64,000 bases of DNA, from assembly GCA_020137815.1 (NCBI GenBank), contig CM035354.1, positions 7,564,001 to 7,628,000 on the forward strand, read 5' to 3'. The number at the start of each line of letters is the position of its first letter. Positions within the stretch are counted from its first letter, which is position 1. This stretch comes from Hormiphora californensis (Eukaryota > Animalia > Ctenophora). A program made the translations under genes and the position numbers. Of the stretch, positions 59,588-64,000 are shown in pieces. The notes under the pieces were generated by a model. That model was not told the origin of the DNA and did no database searches. It saw only the letters and a list, made by a program, of their open reading frames with translations.

Positions 59588-61447
59588 ATGGCCGAACCGT
59601 GGAAAGACAAAATACCAAAACCGATCAATGTAGGCCTGTTCGGAATTGATGATGCTGGAAAAACAGCATTTTTGTTCAGACTGAAGCTGGGTGAGATGAT
59701 AACGACCATTCCAACAATTGGATTCAATTTAGAGAGTGTTAAAGTGACTGATTTTTCTGTTGATGTTTGGGAAGTGGGTGGAGACGTGACGGTGAGACCG
59801 TTATGGAAGCACTACTATGATATCTTAGACATTATGCTGTATGTAGTAGACGGATCGGACATGGATCGTATGGAAGAATCACAAACTGAGTTGTTTAAGT
59901 TGTTCTCTGTTGAAGTTCTAAAGAATGTCCCTATTTGGTGTGTCGCTAGTAAATCAGACAACGCTTGGAGCCTCAGTGAAGAAGAGTTAGTGAGAGCGTT
60001 GCAGTTGGATAAAGTGGAGGGTAGAGAGGTTCGGTTATTTAAATGTTCCTCCCTAACCGGAGATGGGATAGCTAATTTGTTGGATAATGTAGCAGTTGAG
60101 CTGAAGAAAAGTCCTGATGTTATTGCTAGAATCGATCACAATGAAATATGTGAAAAGGACAGATTGGAGAAAGAAGCAAAAGAAGAGGAAGAAGCAGAGG
60201 ATGGTGAAGAAGAAAAAGAGGAAGAAAGGATAGAAGAGGAAGGAGAAGAAGAAAAAGAGGAAGAAGAGAACAAAGAAGAAGATGGTGATATATTGGACGA
60301 TGCCGAAATGGCCGAACCGTGTAAAGACAAAATACCAAAACCAATCAAAGTATGCCTGCTCGGAATTGATGATGCTGGTAAAACAGTATTATTGTACAGA
60401 ATGAAGCTGGATGAAATTATAACGACCATTCCAACAATTGGATTTAATTTAGAGACTGTTAAGGTGACTGATTTTTCTGTTGATGTTTGGGAATTGAGCG
60501 GCAGCATGATAATGAGATCGTTATGGAAACATTACTATAATGACTTAGACATTATGCTGTATGTAGTGGACGGATCAGACATGGATCGTATGGAAGAATC
60601 ACGAACTGAGTTGTTTAAGTTGTTCTCTGTTGAAGTTCTAAAGAATGTCCCTATTTGGTGTGTTGCTAGTAAATCAGACAACGCTTGGAGCCTCAGTGAA
60701 GAAGAACTAGTGAGAGTGTTGCAGTTGGATAAAGTGGAGGGTAGAGAGGTTCGGTTATTTAAATGTTCCTCCCTAACCGGAGATGGGATAGCTAATTTGT
60801 TGGATAATGTAGCAGTAGAGCTGAAGAAAAGTCCTGATGTTATTGCTAGAATCGAGCACAATGAAATATGTGAAAAGGACAGATTGGAGAAAGAAGCAAA
60901 AGAAGCAGAAGAAGCAGAGGAAGAAGAAGAAGATGACAGTGAAGAGGATGATATGTGGGACGGTGTGCCAAGGATTAAGATATACGGACAGGAAGGAGTT
61001 GGCAAATCTACTATTTTCTATCAACTTCTTCTGGGTACGGTGCCTGACATAGTCAACCCCGATCTCACATTTCTTAGGGAGGAAAACATCAAATTTCATG
61101 GCATGAAGTTTCGTTGTTTTGACTTTTCTGGGCATCGTAAATGTCAGAAACTATGGAAACAATACTACCACTCGTGTGATGCTGTGCTGTTTGTGGTTAG
61201 TGGTCGTGATAATAACTTAAGAAGCAGCTTGGACTTGTTGGTGGATATTATTTGTCACTTTGCCTTTCCAACTGAATCTCCTGTGGCTGTGCTAGTTAAC
61301 AATTATAACGGGGAAGGTAAAACTGCTACTGAGGTTGAGGAGATTTGGGGTGCTTCATTCAACCGCAGAGTAGCCTTCTTTGATGTAGATGCCATGGTGC
61401 CCGAGAGTTTAGTTGAACCTTTGAAGGTGATTATGGACAGTGTTTAA
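59588..61447 (+). CDS. Intronless protein with three tandem Arf/Arl-like GTPase domains separated by acidic linkers, 619 aa
   Basis: G1 GIDDAGKT (twice) and GQEGVGKS; switch-I TTIPTIGFN (twice); LWKHYY/LWKQYY; units 1 and 2 are a 720-bp tandem duplication starting at 59588 and 60308. Confidence 0.92.
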   Translation: MAEPWKDKIPKPINVGLFGIDDAGKTAFLFRLKLGEMITTIPTIGFNLESVKVTDFSVDVWEVGGDVTVRPLWKHYYDILDIMLYVVDGSDMDRMEESQTELFKLFSVEVLKNVPIWCVASKSDNAWSLSEEELVRALQLDKVEGREVRLFKCSSLTGDGIANLLDNVAVELKKSPDVIARIDHNEICEKDRLEKEAKEEEEAEDGEEEKEEERIEEEGEEEKEEEENKEEDGDILDDAEMAEPCKDKIPKPIKVCLLGIDDAGKTVLLYRMKLDEIITTIPTIGFNLETVKVTDFSVDVWELSGSMIMRSLWKHYYNDLDIMLYVVDGSDMDRMEESRTELFKLFSVEVLKNVPIWCVASKSDNAWSLSEEELVRVLQLDKVEGREVRLFKCSSLTGDGIANLLDNVAVELKKSPDVIARIEHNEICEKDRLEKEAKEAEEAEEEEEDDSEEDDMWDGVPRIKIYGQEGVGKSTIFYQLLLGTVPDIVNPDLTFLREENIKFHGMKFRCFDFSGHRKCQKLWKQYYHSCDAVLFVVSGRDNNLRSSLDLLVDIICHFAFPTESPVAVLVNNYNGEGKTATEVEEIWGASFNRRVAFFDVDAMVPESLVEPLKVIMDSV

Positions 61448-61659
61448 ATTGAGAGGGAACAACTGCAGAGATCGTTTTGAAAAAAATTGTGCACTTTTTT
61501 GTTTTCTGTATTTTGTAGATTTATTGATCATTTATATTTTGTACAATGTGTCATTACTTTTATATGTTTTATAATTCAAAAATTTTTGTGTTACGTTAAA
61601 CAATGTTGTTTGATTTCACCAGTAATATAATACCCACTTCCCCCCGACTTCCCTACAGG

Positions 61660-62726
61660 ATGCTTCTCTCTTCTCTCCTTCTTCTACTCCTCCCTACCGT
61701 CGCCCTTGGTTACAAAGATGCAGTCCCTGATCCAGACTTTTTGGTTGACATAACTGATATGGCACAAATAAACAACGAACAAACACTACCGGGTTATGTT
61801 AAACGGCTGATAAAGGAGGTCTTAGCAAGACCTGGGATCGAGCTGAGTGTGGTTGACAGATCCGTTCTACATAGGGCAGATCAAACGGACCCTCAAACTC
61901 TCGTTGACATTCTATTGAAGGTCTTGGATGATCAGAAACAGTGCAGTGATTCAGAAGAGGTTAGTATGGTGGAATCCCGACATTAAGATGTCCCTACCTG
62001 GTCCTATCATCCTCTCCCTTACCATCACAGGACTATTTCTCCTTTGCTACTTCTACAAGGCCGCCCGACGGTTCACAGCTCACCCTCCTCCTGTTTGTTT
62101 CATACTGTTACTCAGTCTACAGTCGTCTCCAACTGAACTATCTAGAGATGGTTAGCGGTAAAATGTCTGCACTAGAGAAGGATCTCCCTGCCCACTGCAG
62201 GAGCGAGTTCACCCTAACTAGTTGGTTGAGTGCAGTGTGGAGTACTGTCCAGGTTGGGGATCAGTGCAAGAAATACCACACTCAGATCATCTCAGATCCC
62301 CTCATGGGTATCAAACCATTTGAGAGTTTGTTTTACCCCCTCATGTCTCTACCCCTTATACCACTCACTGTGTTGGGTGAGGTTCTTGGGCCGTTCCTGG
62401 AGAATATTCTCGCTCCATTTTCCTTCCCAGTTCAGCTAACAGTTCTTGCCTTTTTATCCGTTCTAATATTCTCCGTCGCATATGCAGCAGTTTCCCTGCG
62501 ACCGACTGTATCACCACCTCCCCCTCCCCCTCAAGTCAGCCCTGAGAAACTGGAGGAGCTTCAACAGGCGGTACTGAGCCAGTTAGAAGAGTTGAAGTGC
62601 GAGTTCAGGAGATCAGTTGAGACTGATATCATGGTGATCAATGAACATGATTCGGTCTACGGGGGTGGAAGGGTCACTCAGCCGAGATTGTGTAGTCACG
62701 GTGACTCAGGGTGCAATGAGGAATAG
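61660..62726 (+). CDS. CLCC1: CLCC1/MCLC-like ER membrane protein, single exon with two +1 frameshifts
   Basis: Signal peptide MLLSSLLLLLLPTVALG; FLVDITDM motif; TM helices; W...DQCKKYH...DPLMGIKP...PLTVLGEVLGPFLENIL...QLTVL resembles the CLCC1 core. Three overlapping ORFs (61603, 61928, 62148) step through successive frames. Confidence 0.65.
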
Positions 62727-62973
62727 ATATTGTGGTTTTTCAGAAAAGTTTGTAAACCTTATTATGCGTGATCTGTGAGACGTTTTTAATGGACGTTTTT
62801 TTAAAGAATGTGAAGTGAAATATGTATCAGTTTTGAAATTGTAATATAAGAATTCATTTATTCATCACATCAACAATATGACAAGTAATGATCCCTGATA
62901 TTTAACTTAACATTCCCCTCTTGGTTAAAGCAAGCTTCTTCCTATCTAGCACCTGATTAGTTAGGATGACTCA

Positions 62974-63878
62974 ATGAGCGACTACTCCAGTATATTCAGT
63001 GGGTATACTGCATACCCTGGTTACCATGGTAGCGCTGCAGCAGTGACCCCTGAGCCAGCAGCCACTGCCAGCTACTACTAATGCCGGGTATAGTCAGGCG
63101 GCAGGGGCAACTGGCACTAACTACACAGCATACGGGACAGACCTATAACTAGTGGGTATGGGACCCAGCAGCAGGCCGGGGCAGCTAGTGCGGGAACCTC
63201 TGCCAGCAATTACAACTATGTAAGTACGATCCCCTTGCTGCCTATCCTATACCCATGAAGACAACACAGATATAATCGTTTTTGTGACTTGGTACTTTTC
63301 ATAAACATGATGATAAAACTCATCTAAACATTGTTATGGGTTGGTTCTATGTGATGCTGTTGAGGCTCTACGTCAGAGTCGCAATAGCATACATGTTAAA
63401 GATATTGTTTAGTCTATCGATTTGGTATTTATGGTTGACTAAAATTTAGGGGCACACCATCTCTCTTGTCGTTCTCGTATCAAAAACCATTCTACAACAT
63501 CAATTTATCACCAATCTGACACCCAGTACAGTGCAGTAGTAGCTCTCTAATTCCCTCCCCTCCCAGATGGATTGGGCCTCTGCTGCCACCGCTGCTGCAA
63601 TGTCAAGTGTAATCAGCGCCAACACCCCTGACCCCGCAGCCAGTACAATGTCCCACCACTCCAACAACAATAACAACAACTACAACAGGACCACCTATAA
63701 CAACAGTTCCAGAGGTGGGGGAGGTGGTGGTGGGCAACATTCCAAACCTTACTCCCGGCCAACTTGGGCCAAGAAGAAGCCCATTATTGCGGGTGGTGGT
63801 GCTGGTGGGGCTAGTGTGGTCGGTGCTAACGCTACCTACTACTGTGAGCTCTGCAAAATCAGCTGCATGGGATCAATG
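62974..63878 (+). CDS. 5' part of a ZFR-like RNA-binding zinc-finger protein; continues beyond the window
   Basis: Ala/Tyr/Gly-rich exon 62974-63219 (with apparent indels) and exon 63567-63878 ending YYCELCKISCMGSM|GT, the first half of a U1/matrin-type C2H2 finger as in ZFR. Confidence 0.65.
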
Positions 63879-64000
63879 GTTAGTAAAAATAGAGAACTAT
63901 CTGAGCTCTGGTGTAGTGAGCACTTGATTGAAATCAGAAAGCAGAAACACCGAGATTTTGTAATTAATCAATGATTTATTAAATCCGATAACAACTCTCG

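Noticed and set aside
63020-63033. X-box-like GTTACCATGGTAGC
   Set aside because: Lies within the coding exon (G-Y-H-G-S) of the ZFR-like gene

Overview
Gene-dense, intron-containing animal genomic DNA with short GT-AG introns and abundant (AG)n/(CT)n microsatellites. The taxon cannot be proven; a compact invertebrate such as a ctenophore is plausible. Recognisable genes: BBS1 (-), TOMM40 (+), EIF3D (+), an SH3 protein (+), an SLC34 Na/Pi cotransporter (-), CPT1 (-), TTLL9 (-), an intronless triple Arf-like GTPase (+), a CLCC1-like protein (+) and the start of a ZFR-like zinc-finger gene (+). There are also several orphan low-complexity proteins. Main observation: genes form unidirectional clusters, some tightly spaced, and almost every start codon sits 0-5 nt behind a 3' splice acceptor. 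This pattern suggests spliced-leader trans-splicing, possibly with operons. The two divergent strand-switch regions (3.2-7.8 kb and 56.8-59.6 kb) hold the same stacked MITE/TIR families. Other items: a 1.34-kb near-perfect palindrome with Chapaev-like CACGG ends and a 4-bp TSD, a 222-bp palindrome carrying 8 perfect CSL/Su(H) sites, and many single-base insertion frameshifts that look like unpolished long-read errors. Exon boundaries were read by eye.
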